Source: an uncultured Lentisphaerota bacterium (GTDB lineage: Bacteria; Verrucomicrobiota; Kiritimatiellia; CAIQIC01). From it: DNA of 64,000 bases. Shown piece by piece: positions 34,600-44,438 of the stretch. Below the pieces are notes generated by a model that saw only the letters and a program-made list of their open reading frames with translations, did no database searches and had not been told where the DNA came from. The DNA is taken from NCBI GenBank assembly GCA_903889245.1, contig CAISWQ010000100.1:37260-101259 (forward strand). Reading direction: 5' to 3'. The translations under genes were made by a program, and so were the position numbers. Position 1 is the first letter of the stretch. The number at the start of each line of letters is the position of its first letter.

Positions 34600-36138
34600 A
34601 TGAAGACAAGCAACTGGCTGGCGGGATGGGCGGTGCTGGCGATGAGCGCGATGGCGGATGACCTGGCGGCGGAGAAAATCCTGACGCCGCCACCACCGGC
34701 GACGCCGCGCATCAACGGACCGGGCGTCTTCGGCGTGCGGCCGGGCGCGCCGTTCCTCTACACGATCCCGGCGACGGGCGAGCGGCCGATGAAATTCGCG
34801 GCGGACGCGCTGCCGGTCGGGCTGAAACTGGACGAGAACACGGGCTGCATCACGGGGAAGGTGAGCGATAAGTCACATAGGACCTATGCCGTGCTCCTGA
34901 AGGCGGAAAACACGAAGGGTCGGGCGGAGAAGAAATTCCGCATCGTGGTGGGCGACAAAATCTGCCTGACGCCGCCACTGGGCTGGAATAGTTGGAATTG
35001 CTGGGCGGAGGCGGTGGACCAGGACAAGGTGCTGCGCTCGGCGCGCGCGCTGGTCCAGAGCGGGCTGATCAACCACGGCTGGACGTTCATCAACATTGAC
35101 GACACGTGGCAGGGCGAGCGCGGCGGCGCGTTCGGCGGCCTTCAGGGCAACGAAAAATTCCCGGACATGAAGAAGCTGACCGACGCCATCCACGCGCTCG
35201 GCCTGAAGGCGGGCATCTACTCGACGCCATGGATCACTTCCTACGCGAAATTCTGCGGCGGCTCCAGCGATGACGCGGCCGGCGCCTGGGCGAAGCAGAT
35301 GGCCGACCAGAAGTTCTGGAAGCACGGCCAGCATTCGTTCGCGGCGGCCGACGCGAAGCAGTGGGCGGCGTGGGGCTTCGACTATCTGAAGTATGACTGG
35401 AACCCGAACGACCTCGAACACGTCCGCGAGATGAGCGAGGCGCTGCGCGCGACGGGACGCGACATCGTCTATAGCCTCTCCAACTCCGCGCCGTTCGAGC
35501 ACGCCAACGACTGGGCGCAATGGGCGAACTGCTGGCGCACGACCGGCGACATCTGGGACTACTGGGAGCACAGCGACCACGACTGGCGCTACAGCGTCTC
35601 GGAGATCGGCTTCACGCAGGAGCGCTGGGCGCCGTTCGGCGGGCCGGGCCACTGGAACGACCCGGACATGCTCGTGGTGGGCCACGTGGGGTGGGGGCCC
35701 AAGCTGCACGCGACGCACCTGACGCCGGACGAGCAGTACACGCACATCAGCCTGTGGTGCCTGCTCTCCGCGCCGCTGCTGATCGGGTGCGACATGGAGA
35801 AACTCGACGCCTTCACGCTCGGCCTGCTTTCCAATGACGAGGTGCTCGCGCTCGACCAGGACGCGCTCGGCAAGCCGGCCGTGCGCGTGGCGACGCTCGG
35901 CCCGGTGGACATCTATCTGAAGGAACTCGAGGATGGCGGGCGCGCGCTGGGCTTTTTCAACCGCAGCCAGCAGGAATACACGGGCGAGTTCAACAAACTT
36001 TCCAGGATCGGGCTGGGCGGCAAACAGAAGGTCCGTGACCTCTGGCGGCAGCAGGACCTGCCGGTATGCAACGGCAAGCTCGCGATCAAAGTTCCGGCGC
36101 ACGGAGTGCTGCTGCTAAAGCTGATCGCGACAAAATAG
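34600..36138 (+). CDS. Secreted alpha-galactosidase, glycoside hydrolase family 27, with N-terminal Ig-like domain
   Basis: Signal peptide; LGWNSWNCW and DDTWQ GH27 signatures; catalytic-region motifs DYLKYDW. Confidence 0.8.
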   Translation: MKTSNWLAGWAVLAMSAMADDLAAEKILTPPPPATPRINGPGVFGVRPGAPFLYTIPATGERPMKFAADALPVGLKLDENTGCITGKVSDKSHRTYAVLLKAENTKGRAEKKFRIVVGDKICLTPPLGWNSWNCWAEAVDQDKVLRSARALVQSGLINHGWTFINIDDTWQGERGGAFGGLQGNEKFPDMKKLTDAIHALGLKAGIYSTPWITSYAKFCGGSSDDAAGAWAKQMADQKFWKHGQHSFAAADAKQWAAWGFDYLKYDWNPNDLEHVREMSEALRATGRDIVYSLSNSAPFEHANDWAQWANCWRTTGDIWDYWEHSDHDWRYSVSEIGFTQERWAPFGGPGHWNDPDMLVVGHVGWGPKLHATHLTPDEQYTHISLWCLLSAPLLIGCDMEKLDAFTLGLLSNDEVLALDQDALGKPAVRVATLGPVDIYLKELEDGGRALGFFNRSQQEYTGEFNKLSRIGLGGKQKVRDLWRQQDLPVCNGKLAIKVPAHGVLLLKLIATK

Positions 36139-36205
36139 TGCGGTGGGACGGTTTTTGCTTTGACCGGCGGATGGGGGGTGCGTAACGTCTCACCGCGAGC
36201 TTTAC

Positions 36206-37633
36206 ATGGCGGAAATGTCCATAGGCATGGTTCAGCAACAGCGGCAGCAGATGCTGCTGGCGCCGCAACTCCGGCAATCCTTGGAATTTCTACAGGTGCC
36301 GGTCATGGAGTTGCGCTCCATGGTGCAGCAGGAGCTCGAGCGCAATCCCACCCTCGAAGAAAAGCCCGACGACAATACGCCGCTCGAAGTCGAGTCCGAA
36401 TCCGAGGCCCAGGCCCAGGCTGACGAAGCGGAGTTTCAGGACGAATTCAAGAAACTAGCCGAGTTGGACGATGAATGGCGCGAGTACTTCCGCCAGACAC
36501 AGGCCGCGCGGCCGTACAGCGCCGACGACGCGGCCAAGCGCGAGTTCATGATGAACTCGCTGACCCGGCCGGAGTCGCTGGAGGAGCACCTGCTGTATCA
36601 ACTGCACCTCTCCGGCCTCTCAGAGCATGATCAAAAAGTCGGCGAGTTGATCATCGGCAGCATCAATGATGATGGTTTTTTGACCTCTGCGCTCGAGGAC
36701 ATGGCGTCCGCCAGCGGCTATACGCCGGACGAAATCGCCCATGTGCTGGAGACTATCCGGGAATTTGATCCCGTCGGCGTCGCCGCGCGCGATTTGGTCG
36801 ACTGCCTGCTGTTGCAACTGGCACGGCTGGGCAAGGCGGACGCGCTCGCCGCGCACATCGTGCGGCAACATTTGAACGATCTCGGCGCCAAGCGCTATGA
36901 GACCATCGCCAGGGCCTTGCATGTAACCCTCGCCGCCATCCAGGAGGCCGCGCGGCTGATTGCCACCCTCGAACCCAAACCCGGCCGCCGGTTCAGTTCC
37001 GAGGAACCCGCCTACGTCACACCGGAGGTGCTCGTTCAGAAGGTGCGCGGCGAGTACGTGGTGCTGATGGACCAGGAACAACTGCCGCACCTCTCGATCA
37101 GCAAGCACTATCGCCAGTTGATGGAGGATCCCGGTACCAGCCGCGAGGTCAAAAGCTATATCCGCGAAAAGGTGCGGGCCGGCGCGTTTCTCATCAAGAG
37201 CATCCAGCAGCGGCAGCAGACCATCTCGCGCATCGCCGTCGAAATTCTTAAGGTGCAGCAGGAGTTCTTCGAGCAGGGCGTTTCGGCCCTCAAGCCGCTG
37301 ACCATGGCCTACATCGCCAACATCATCGGTGTCCATGAGACCACCGTCAGCCGTGCCATTGCCAACAAGTACATGCTCACGCCGCGCGGCCTGTTCGAGA
37401 TGAAATATTTCTTCACGCCCGGCTACCAGACCGCCGACGGCCAGACGGTGTCGAACAAGGTGGTCAAGGATGCCCTCGCGCAAATGATCGCCACCGAGGA
37501 CACCGCGCATCCGCTCTCCGACCAAACCATCGTCGCCATGCTCAAGGAAAAGGGCATGACCGTGGCGCGGCGGACCATCGCGAAGTACCGCGACGAACTG
37601 AAAATCCTGCCCTCGCACCTACGCAAGAGTTGA
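36206..37633 (+). CDS. rpoN: RNA polymerase sigma-54 factor
   Basis: N-terminal Gln/Leu-rich activator-interacting region, core-binding region, C-terminal RpoN box (ARRTIAKYRE). Confidence 0.92.
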   Translation: MAEMSIGMVQQQRQQMLLAPQLRQSLEFLQVPVMELRSMVQQELERNPTLEEKPDDNTPLEVESESEAQAQADEAEFQDEFKKLAELDDEWREYFRQTQAARPYSADDAAKREFMMNSLTRPESLEEHLLYQLHLSGLSEHDQKVGELIIGSINDDGFLTSALEDMASASGYTPDEIAHVLETIREFDPVGVAARDLVDCLLLQLARLGKADALAAHIVRQHLNDLGAKRYETIARALHVTLAAIQEAARLIATLEPKPGRRFSSEEPAYVTPEVLVQKVRGEYVVLMDQEQLPHLSISKHYRQLMEDPGTSREVKSYIREKVRAGAFLIKSIQQRQQTISRIAVEILKVQQEFFEQGVSALKPLTMAYIANIIGVHETTVSRAIANKYMLTPRGLFEMKYFFTPGYQTADGQTVSNKVVKDALAQMIATEDTAHPLSDQTIVAMLKEKGMTVARRTIAKYRDELKILPSHLRKS

Positions 37634-37642
37634 GGAAGCATC

Positions 37643-38935
37643 ATGGCCGCGTTCCATCGCCACCTCATCCCCACCCTGCTGGTGGCGCTTGTACTGGTCC
37701 ACGCCGGTTGCCTGACACTGAAAAAATATCCCGACCTGCCGCCGGCCCAACTCGACCCCGCGCCACCACGCCCAATCATGACCGCGTTACCGCCGATGAG
37801 TGAGGGGCGGGGGACGCGAGGCGGAGGACACGCGACACGCGACACGCAACGCGCGACCGTACGGCCGCCACCCGCGTCATCAGGCATGGCCGATCTGATC
37901 ATGGGCCGCGCTCCGCCGTCTCCGCCGCCACCGGTGATGCCACCGACCACCTTTCCAAGCCTTGGAAAAACCAACACCCCGGTGGTCCAACCTCTGGAAA
38001 AACCGGTGCCGGCGGTTGCCAAGCCTTGGAAAGATCCCACCACCCATGCAGTTCTGTCCTCGGCCACCACCCTGCCGCTCTCTTTCCGCCAGATCATCGC
38101 CATGCAGACGCTACTCGACCGCCAGCATGTCTCCTGCAACTGTGCTGATGGCAAGATCGGCTCGCGCACCCAGGCCGCCTTGCGCGCGTTCCAAAAGATG
38201 CGCGGTCTGAAGATCACCGGTGAACCGAATGCCGCGACACTCGCCGCACTCGGCGACCTCGACGCCGCGTTCACCAGTTACACGATCACCGCCGACGATC
38301 ACGCGCAGCTCACCCAAAACCCGACGACCTGGCTCGGCCGCTCGCAGGCGCAGCGCCTTGGTTATCAGACCATCCTCGAGGCGGTCGCCGAGCGCGGCCA
38401 CGCCACGCAGCAGGCGATTCGCGACCTTAACCCGCAGGTCGCCGTCTGGCCTGACCCGCCCGTCGGGACCACGCTGACCCTTCCCGACGCGAGCCCCGCC
38501 GCCGCGCTACCGCACGCCGCGCGTATCCGCATCTCCATTCTGAACAAGCTGGTTCGCGTGTTCGATGGCGCGGGCGGGCAGATCGCGCAGTTCCCGTGCT
38601 CGATCGCGCGCGATCCCGCCAAGCGCGAGCCGTGTGAGATCAGCGTCGCGGTCGTCGCGCCGAATCCCAACTACACCTTCGATCCCGCGCTGTTCAGCGA
38701 GGAGCCGGAGAGCCGGACGATCAAGACCAAGCTCATCATCCCGCCCGGCCCGCGCAATCCGGTCGGCGCCGCGTGGGTCGGCTTGAGCAAGACCGGCTAC
38801 GGCATGCACGGCACGCCCAAGCCGGAGGACATCGGCAAGACCGAAAGCCACGGCTGCTTCCGCCTCGCCAACTGGAACGCGCAAAAGCTCCTCCGCATCG
38901 TGGACGTGGGCACGCCGGTCAGCGTGGAAGAATAG
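37643..38935 (+). CDS. L,D-transpeptidase (YkuD family) with PG_binding_1 domain; N-terminal signal/lipoprotein-like peptide and Pro-rich linker
   Basis: PG-binding domain (SRTQAALRAFQKMRGLKITGEPNAATLAAL); catalytic HG-x-S-HGCFRL motif. The 37950..38035 palindromic repeats are in frame inside the ORF; an alternative start at 38102 (MQTLLDRQ) would lack a signal peptide. Confidence 0.65.
   Translation: MAAFHRHLIPTLLVALVLVHAGCLTLKKYPDLPPAQLDPAPPRPIMTALPPMSEGRGTRGGGHATRDTQRATVRPPPASSGMADLIMGRAPPSPPPPVMPPTTFPSLGKTNTPVVQPLEKPVPAVAKPWKDPTTHAVLSSATTLPLSFRQIIAMQTLLDRQHVSCNCADGKIGSRTQAALRAFQKMRGLKITGEPNAATLAALGDLDAAFTSYTITADDHAQLTQNPTTWLGRSQAQRLGYQTILEAVAERGHATQQAIRDLNPQVAVWPDPPVGTTLTLPDASPAAALPHAARIRISILNKLVRVFDGAGGQIAQFPCSIARDPAKREPCEISVAVVAPNPNYTFDPALFSEEPESRTIKTKLIIPPGPRNPVGAAWVGLSKTGYGMHGTPKPEDIGKTESHGCFRLANWNAQKLLRIVDVGTPVSVEE
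37950..38035. repeat. Palindromic repeat cluster 7 (3 copies), embedded in frame in the L,D-transpeptidase ORF
   Basis: ctttccaagccttggaaaaa / gtccaacctctggaaaaa / ttgccaagccttggaaag. Confidence 0.75.
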
Positions 38936-39049
38936 TCCCCTGTCGTTTTCTTCACAGAAGCGAACGAAGGGAACAAAGTGCGGCCCGGCTCTCTCCGCTT
39001 CGTTGCCTTCGTGATCTTTTGTTCAAATTCTCCGCTGCCGTGTTAAACT

Positions 39050-39556
39050 GTGTTCAGCATGAGCGACGAGCTTCCAGTGTCCATCCGCAACCTGCTGCCG
39101 GGGCCAGGCAACTGGGGCATCTTCCTCGGCGCGGAAGGCGAGGCGAAGGTCATCGCCATCTTCGTGGACCCGGCGATGGCCGCGGCGATGCTGATGGCGC
39201 TGCGCAAGGTCCACGCCCCGCGCCCGCTGACCCACGACCTGATCGCGCGCATCTTCACCGGCCTCGGCATCCGCGCCCTCAAGGTGGTCATCAACGACCT
39301 GCGCGACGGCACCTACTTCGCCCGCCTCTACCTCGAACAGCAGAACGACCTCGGCCGCAACGTCGTCGAGATTGATGCGCGGCCGAGCGACTCGATCGCC
39401 ATCGCCATCCAGCAGCAGTGCCCGCTCTACGTCACCCGCCACGTCTGGGACGAGGCCGATGATATGGGTGACATCCTGCGGCAGGCCGAGCAACGCGCCC
39501 GCGACCAGCAGCAGAAGGATGCGGATGACGACGCCTCGCCGCCCGATACCGCCTGA
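39050..39556 (+). CDS. Bifunctional nuclease (BFN/DUF151) family protein
   Basis: IDARPSDSIAIAIQ motif characteristic of the BFN domain; acidic C-terminal tail. Confidence 0.7.
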   Translation: MFSMSDELPVSIRNLLPGPGNWGIFLGAEGEAKVIAIFVDPAMAAAMLMALRKVHAPRPLTHDLIARIFTGLGIRALKVVINDLRDGTYFARLYLEQQNDLGRNVVEIDARPSDSIAIAIQQQCPLYVTRHVWDEADDMGDILRQAEQRARDQQQKDADDDASPPDTA

Positions 39557-39690
39557 AGCCCGGCCTGCCCCTGCCGCGCCGCAATGCTGGCGGCGAGCTG
39601 GCTTTGATGGAGCCACAAGTGGACAAGCGCCAGCGTCTGGCATCACAATCCTTTTGCAATCGCGGCGCAGGTCTGGAACAGTAACCGCGC

Positions 39691-40911
39691 ATGACCCATC
39701 CAGCCGTCAACACCACACGGGTCCGGCTTCGGCGCGGCCGCGAGAAACCCATTGTGCAAGGCCAACCGTGGCTTTTTTCCGGAGCGATTGAACAATGGGA
39801 GGGCTCACCAACGCTTGGCGCTGTCACCGATGTGTTCGCCGCCAGCGGCGACTGGGTGGCGCGCGGACTGGCGCACCCCACCGCGGCGCTGGCGGTACGG
39901 CTCTATACATGGCAACGCGAGCAACCGCTCGATGCCGGCTTTTTTACCCAAACCGTCGCCCGCGCCGTCGCCGCGCGCCACACGCTGCCTGGCTATGGCG
40001 AAGGTCCGGCGGTGCCCACCAATGCCTGGCGGCTGGTGTTCTCGGAGGCCGACGGGCTCTCCGGCCTGATCGTGGATCGCTATGCTGATACGCTCGTGGT
40101 TCAAATCGGTGCAGCGGCGCTGACGCCATTTGTACCCGCCATCGTCAGCGAACTGCGACGCGTGACGTGCGCCTCGGCGGTACGCGTCACCGTGGCCGAG
40201 GACGAGGCCGTGCGCGAAGGACTCCCGCCGGACACGTTTGCCGCGTTCTCCGAGGCACCCGCGCAACCGGTACGGATTCGCGAGAACGGTCTGCTTTTTG
40301 ATGTGGATCTCGCCGGCGGGCAGAAGACCGGCTATTTCCTCGACCAGCGTGAGAACCGGCGACGGGTGGCCGCGTGGGCGCGTGGGCGGAGGATGTTGAG
40401 TTGCTATTGCTACACCGGGGCCTTCGAGGTCACCGCCGCGGCGGCGGGTGTGACGGAGATTCTCGGCCTTGATCGTTCTGCGGCGGCGCTGGAGCTGGCG
40501 CGGGCGCATCATGCCTTGAACGGACTGACCGTGCCCGCCATGTATGAGCGGGCCGATGTACCTGTGGCGCTACGGCACTTGCGTGACTCCGGCCGGCAGT
40601 TCGATCTGATCGTACTCGACCCGCCGAAGTTCGTGCTAAACCGCGCGCAAAAGGAGAAAGGGTTGCGTGCCTACAAGGACATCAATCTGCTTGCGCTCAA
40701 GCTGCTCGCGCCGGGTGGTGTACTGGCGACCTTTTCCTGTTCGGGCCAGGTAACCCCGGCGGACTTCCGCATGCTGCTCGGCTGGGCTGCCGCCGATGCC
40801 CGGCGCCCGGTGCAGGTAGTGGAAACACTCTCGCAACCGCCAGATCATCCCGTGCTCGCGGTTTTCCCGGATAGCGAATATCTCAAGGGGGCGATTTGCC
40901 GGGTGGCTTGA
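39691..40911 (+). CDS. rlmI: 23S rRNA (cytosine-C5) methyltransferase RlmI-like (PUA + class-I SAM methyltransferase)
   Basis: N-terminal PUA-like region (GQPWLFSGAIEQ), SAM-binding motif (LSCYCYTGAF), DPPKF catalytic motif. Confidence 0.8.
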   Translation: MTHPAVNTTRVRLRRGREKPIVQGQPWLFSGAIEQWEGSPTLGAVTDVFAASGDWVARGLAHPTAALAVRLYTWQREQPLDAGFFTQTVARAVAARHTLPGYGEGPAVPTNAWRLVFSEADGLSGLIVDRYADTLVVQIGAAALTPFVPAIVSELRRVTCASAVRVTVAEDEAVREGLPPDTFAAFSEAPAQPVRIRENGLLFDVDLAGGQKTGYFLDQRENRRRVAAWARGRRMLSCYCYTGAFEVTAAAAGVTEILGLDRSAAALELARAHHALNGLTVPAMYERADVPVALRHLRDSGRQFDLIVLDPPKFVLNRAQKEKGLRAYKDINLLALKLLAPGGVLATFSCSGQVTPADFRMLLGWAAADARRPVQVVETLSQPPDHPVLAVFPDSEYLKGAICRVA

Positions 40912-40913
40912 AC

Positions 40914-41354
40914 TCACAGCGCGTGCTGTTTGAGAACCAGCGTCAACAGAATGACCGCGCCGACGGTAATCAGAACGTAGGACACCCAGAAGGCCGGGCG
41001 GAAATGATGCGGCAATTCACGGGGACGGAAGCCGTGATGATGACGACGCACATAGAGCGGATAGCGCACCACGGCGAGGATGAGGGTTCCCATTACACCA
41101 AAAGCCAGGGCGAGCCATTGCAACACCTTGTCGCCAGCCACCTGTAGATGCGCTTCCGGACGCAACCAATCAGCACGCATGGCCAACGGCAAGGCGACGC
41201 CAAAAAGCAGCGCCCACAGCACCGTATCCACCGGAATACGGCTATGCCGGCGGCGTATATGTTGCCGCTCGGACGGCAGCGCTTCCATCTGGTCAGGCAT
41301 CGGCTCCACACAGACTCCTTCGTGGTGTTGCGGCGCATACTCTAATCGCGCCAC
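40914..41354 (-). CDS. Hypothetical small membrane protein
   Basis: Three predicted TM helices; start uncertain (internal Met candidates). Confidence 0.4.
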   Translation of the reverse strand: MARLEYAPQHHEGVCVEPMPDQMEALPSERQHIRRRHSRIPVDTVLWALLFGVALPLAMRADWLRPEAHLQVAGDKVLQWLALAFGVMGTLILAVVRYPLYVRRHHHGFRPRELPHHFRPAFWVSYVLITVGAVILLTLVLKQHAL

Positions 41355-41399
41355 GCCTGCTTGCCAAGTCTGCCGAATGGACCACGAATGCGGATGGCG

Positions 41400-42671
41400 T
41401 CAACAGGTCCACAACAACGGCAGATGAGCGAGTGTCCAGAGGAGGTAACGCAGGAACGCACTGGTGCGTATGCCACGCGCCAAGGTGGCAAAATAGAGAC
41501 CCTTGACCAGCGTATTGCTCATCAAGGCGACGATGACGGCCTGCCCAGCCAGATGCGCGGCCGCTGACGACCCCTGCGCCAGCGAAAGGATAAAGGGATC
41601 CACATCCACCAACCCTGAAAAGCCAGCGAGCGAGAGGACACCGGCGCTGCCAAAATTAGCCTTGGCATAGTCGGTCAGGATAGTCAGCATGACAAACAAT
41701 GCGGCAAAGACGAGGGCGGGCCGGATTTCGAAAGGGTTTTGTAACATGGCCGGCTGTTCGGCCGGTACGGCAGCACCCCCACCGCCCCGCCGCAGCGCAC
41801 TCAACGCCAGCAGCAAGCCCAGCCCCGCAAGCGCACCCAGTTGCCAGACCAGCGTGCGCGCAAAGGCAGCATTGAAAAACGCCAGCAGTGCCAGCACGCG
41901 CATGTACATGACGCCGCTGGCTAGCAGCGTTGCCTGGAGCGCCTCGGCGCCGCGCTCCGGCTGGCGTTGTGCCAGACGACCCGTGGTGATGCTCACAGCC
42001 GTGCTGCTGACAATGCCGCCCATCAGGCCCGAGAGCCAGAGACCGACGCGGCTGCCAAATTTCTTGATCAGAAAATAGCCGACAAAACCGAGGGCCGAAA
42101 CCAGGACCACCATCCGCCAGATGCGCGCCGGGTTCAGATGAAACTGGGTGAAACTTTCGTCGGGCAACACAGGATAAATGATGAACGTCACCAGCAGGAA
42201 GCGCAGCATGGCGAGAAATTCCGCCTTGTCGAGCCGCTCCACCAGCGCTTCCAGCGCCGCCTTCTCAGAGAGCAGAATGGTGGTGAGCACACCCAAGGTC
42301 ATGGCCAACCGGATATCCGACAGCAGGGTCAGCACACCTGTGATATAGGTCAACAGCACGGCAACCTCACTTGTCGCGCCGAGACGACCCGCACGTAATT
42401 TTCCGGCATAGGCCGCGGCGGCAAGGCCGAACACGACCAGCAAACCGAGACCGGGCAGCCACGTCAGGCCGAGGCGATACAGCCAGGCACAGCCATACCC
42501 TAGCAGGCTGACCAGCGGGAAGGTGCGGACACCGCCAAAGATCAACTGCTTGTGCTCATCGCGGGACCGTTCGCGCTCTAGGCCGATGAGCAGACCCAGC
42601 GCCAGCGCCACGATCAGCCGCAGGCCCAACCCCCAATCAAACTCCAAGGTGAGGTTCACCATGATGGCCAT
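41400..42671 (-). CDS. MgtC/SapB-family N-terminal domain + DUF4010 membrane protein
   Basis: MgtC signature region (LGLLIGLERE) and multi-TM C-terminal DUF4010-like region. Confidence 0.72.
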   Translation of the reverse strand: MAIMVNLTLEFDWGLGLRLIVALALGLLIGLERERSRDEHKQLIFGGVRTFPLVSLLGYGCAWLYRLGLTWLPGLGLLVVFGLAAAAYAGKLRAGRLGATSEVAVLLTYITGVLTLLSDIRLAMTLGVLTTILLSEKAALEALVERLDKAEFLAMLRFLLVTFIIYPVLPDESFTQFHLNPARIWRMVVLVSALGFVGYFLIKKFGSRVGLWLSGLMGGIVSSTAVSITTGRLAQRQPERGAEALQATLLASGVMYMRVLALLAFFNAAFARTLVWQLGALAGLGLLLALSALRRGGGGAAVPAEQPAMLQNPFEIRPALVFAALFVMLTILTDYAKANFGSAGVLSLAGFSGLVDVDPFILSLAQGSSAAAHLAGQAVIVALMSNTLVKGLYFATLARGIRTSAFLRYLLWTLAHLPLLWTC

Positions 42672-42848
42672 CTCCGAGGCGAGTATGCGCCGCTACGACA
42701 GGCATCGGAAGAAAATTTTTCACTACCAGATAATGCGCCGTGCTGTTTTTTCAAAGGCTTGGACGCCGCTTCTTTGCTATTGCACGGCTAGCAGCCAACG
42801 CTATAATCTGGCCCCGTTCGCAAACCTATCAAACCAAAAGGAGTAAGC

Positions 42849-43190
42849 ATGAAGAAGGTATTGTGGATGCTGGTGGCAGTGGCGATGCTCGGCTGCGGCG
42901 CGAGCGTGGTGGCGAAGGAGAAAGCGGCGGGCGGCGATAAGGGTGGTCCGAAACCCACACCGGTGACAATCAGTGGCACGGTCAAGGTGGACGGCGAAGT
43001 CGTCAAAATCGTGACCGAAGACAAGACCGAGTATATCCTCGCCGGGAAGACGGCGGCCGACTACAAGGCCAAAGATGGCGAAAAGGTCACCGATCTCAAG
43101 GGTATGTGCAAGGAAGGCAAAGACGGCAAGAAGATGTTCATGACCGGTGGCGGCAAGGGTAAGAAGAAAGAGGGCGGCGACAAGAAGTAA
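42849..43190 (+). CDS. Small secreted Lys/Gly-rich protein, paralog A
   Basis: Signal peptide MKKVLWMLVAVAMLG identical to paralog B; conserved 5' leader; KGKKKEGGDKK tail. Confidence 0.6.
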   Translation: MKKVLWMLVAVAMLGCGASVVAKEKAAGGDKGGPKPTPVTISGTVKVDGEVVKIVTEDKTEYILAGKTAADYKAKDGEKVTDLKGMCKEGKDGKKMFMTGGGKGKKKEGGDKK

Positions 43191-43210
43191 ACGTCGCATG
43201 GCTGTGATCC

Positions 43211-43248
43211 AAACGGCAGGCCCGCAGGCCTGCCGTTTGCTTTTCTGT
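43211..43248 (+). terminator. Rho-independent terminator after paralog A
   Basis: aaacggcaggcccgcaggcctgccgttt hairpin followed by gcttttctg. Confidence 0.6.
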
Positions 43249-43404
43249 GCGGCTCCAAATCCTGTTCATCCCTCGTGTTTTCGGGCTGTTAAAATTGCGC
43301 ACAATAAACCCTTCCCATAGGCCGTTAAACGGCAGGAAGCGTTGTGCCGGCTTTTCGGTTGCAGGCGCACGTAACAGACAAACAAACCAAGAGGAGCAGA
43401 TAGC

Positions 43405-43758
43405 ATGAAGAAGGTACTGTGGATGCTGGTGGCAGTGGCGATGCTCGGTGTGAGCGCCATCGCGAAGGAACAGGCGGCGGGCGGCGACAAGGCCAAGGGC
43501 GCGCACAAGCCCCCGGTCACGGTCAGCGGCACGGTCAAGGTGGATGGCGACAAGGTCTGCATCAAGACCGATGACGGCGCCACCTACACCATCAAGAGCC
43601 GCGACGAGAAGACCCTGGCCGACCTCAAGGCCAAGGACGGCCAGAAGGCCGAGCTCAAGGGCATGGTCAAGGAAGAGGGCGATGCGAAGACCCTGTATGT
43701 GTTCGGTGGCAAGGGCGGCGGCCACGGGAAGAAAAAAGACAGCGGCGACAAGAAGTAA
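43405..43758 (+). CDS. Small secreted Lys/Gly-rich protein, paralog B
   Basis: Same signal peptide and architecture as paralog A (…VSGTVKVDGDKV…KAKDGQKAELKGM…GGKGGGHGKKKDSGDKK). Confidence 0.6.
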   Translation: MKKVLWMLVAVAMLGVSAIAKEQAAGGDKAKGAHKPPVTVSGTVKVDGDKVCIKTDDGATYTIKSRDEKTLADLKAKDGQKAELKGMVKEEGDAKTLYVFGGKGGGHGKKKDSGDKK

Positions 43759-43775
43759 GCCGTAACTTGGAAACG

Positions 43776-43816
43776 AAAAGAGCGGCGGGGCTACGGCCCT
43801 GCCGCTCTTTTTTTTC
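43776..43816 (+). terminator. Rho-independent terminator after paralog B
   Basis: aaaagagcggcggggctacggccctgccgctc hairpin plus T8 run. Confidence 0.65.
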
Positions 43817-43836
43817 GCCGTTTGACAACCGAGCCG

Positions 43837-44394
43837 TCAGTCTTTTGCTGGCAAGTCCGGTCTTTTACTGGGAAAAATATCATCGTTCGCTGACTTGGCG
43901 GGCGGCTCCGCGGTGCGGTTGAGGTGGCGGTAGCTGGTCTGCTGGATGTTCTCGAACACCGCGGGCCCGAACCGCTGGCGCAACTCGAGCCAGAACTGCA
44001 CCCGGTTGCGCAACAGCACCGACTCGGCGACGATGGCGCGATCCGCCACTTTCTGAATGGCCTCCGCGTCGGGTTTCTCGGCGCTCATCAACTTCTCGAG
44101 TTCATCGCGCGCCTGCTGCGCCACCTCGCGTTCCTTGGGTTGCGCCTCCTGGTATTTAAGCACGAGGGCCGAGAGTTGCCGGAGTTGTTCCGGCGTCAGA
44201 TCGAAATGGCGGTGACTCTTGCCGATGCCCAGAACGATGGCCGGATCAAAGTCGAGGTAGAGGCTGCGGCCGGGCGGCCGCGAGGGCTTGCGCAGTACTT
44301 TGTCGTTGTGCGCCGTGCGTTCGGGTTTGGCCGGCGCCGCCGGTGGCGCCGCCAGCAGGAGCGCGCAGGCCAGCAGCCAAAAATTTTTCGGCAT
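43837..44394 (-). CDS. Periplasmic Spy/CpxP/ZraP-family (LTXXQ-motif) protein
   Basis: Signal peptide; LTPEQLRQL LTXXQ motif; helical, charged; start at MPKNFWLLACALLLAAPPAAPA. Confidence 0.65.
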   Translation of the reverse strand: MPKNFWLLACALLLAAPPAAPAKPERTAHNDKVLRKPSRPPGRSLYLDFDPAIVLGIGKSHRHFDLTPEQLRQLSALVLKYQEAQPKEREVAQQARDELEKLMSAEKPDAEAIQKVADRAIVAESVLLRNRVQFWLELRQRFGPAVFENIQQTSYRHLNRTAEPPAKSANDDIFPSKRPDLPAKD

Positions 44395-44438
44395 AGGGTT
44401 ACCTCGTGGATGAGCCAACAACGCCGGAGCAGGACAAA

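Noticed and set aside
34873-36102. 409-aa minus-strand ORF
   Set aside because: Antisense to the GH27 alpha-galactosidase, which has clear signature motifs; no features of its own.
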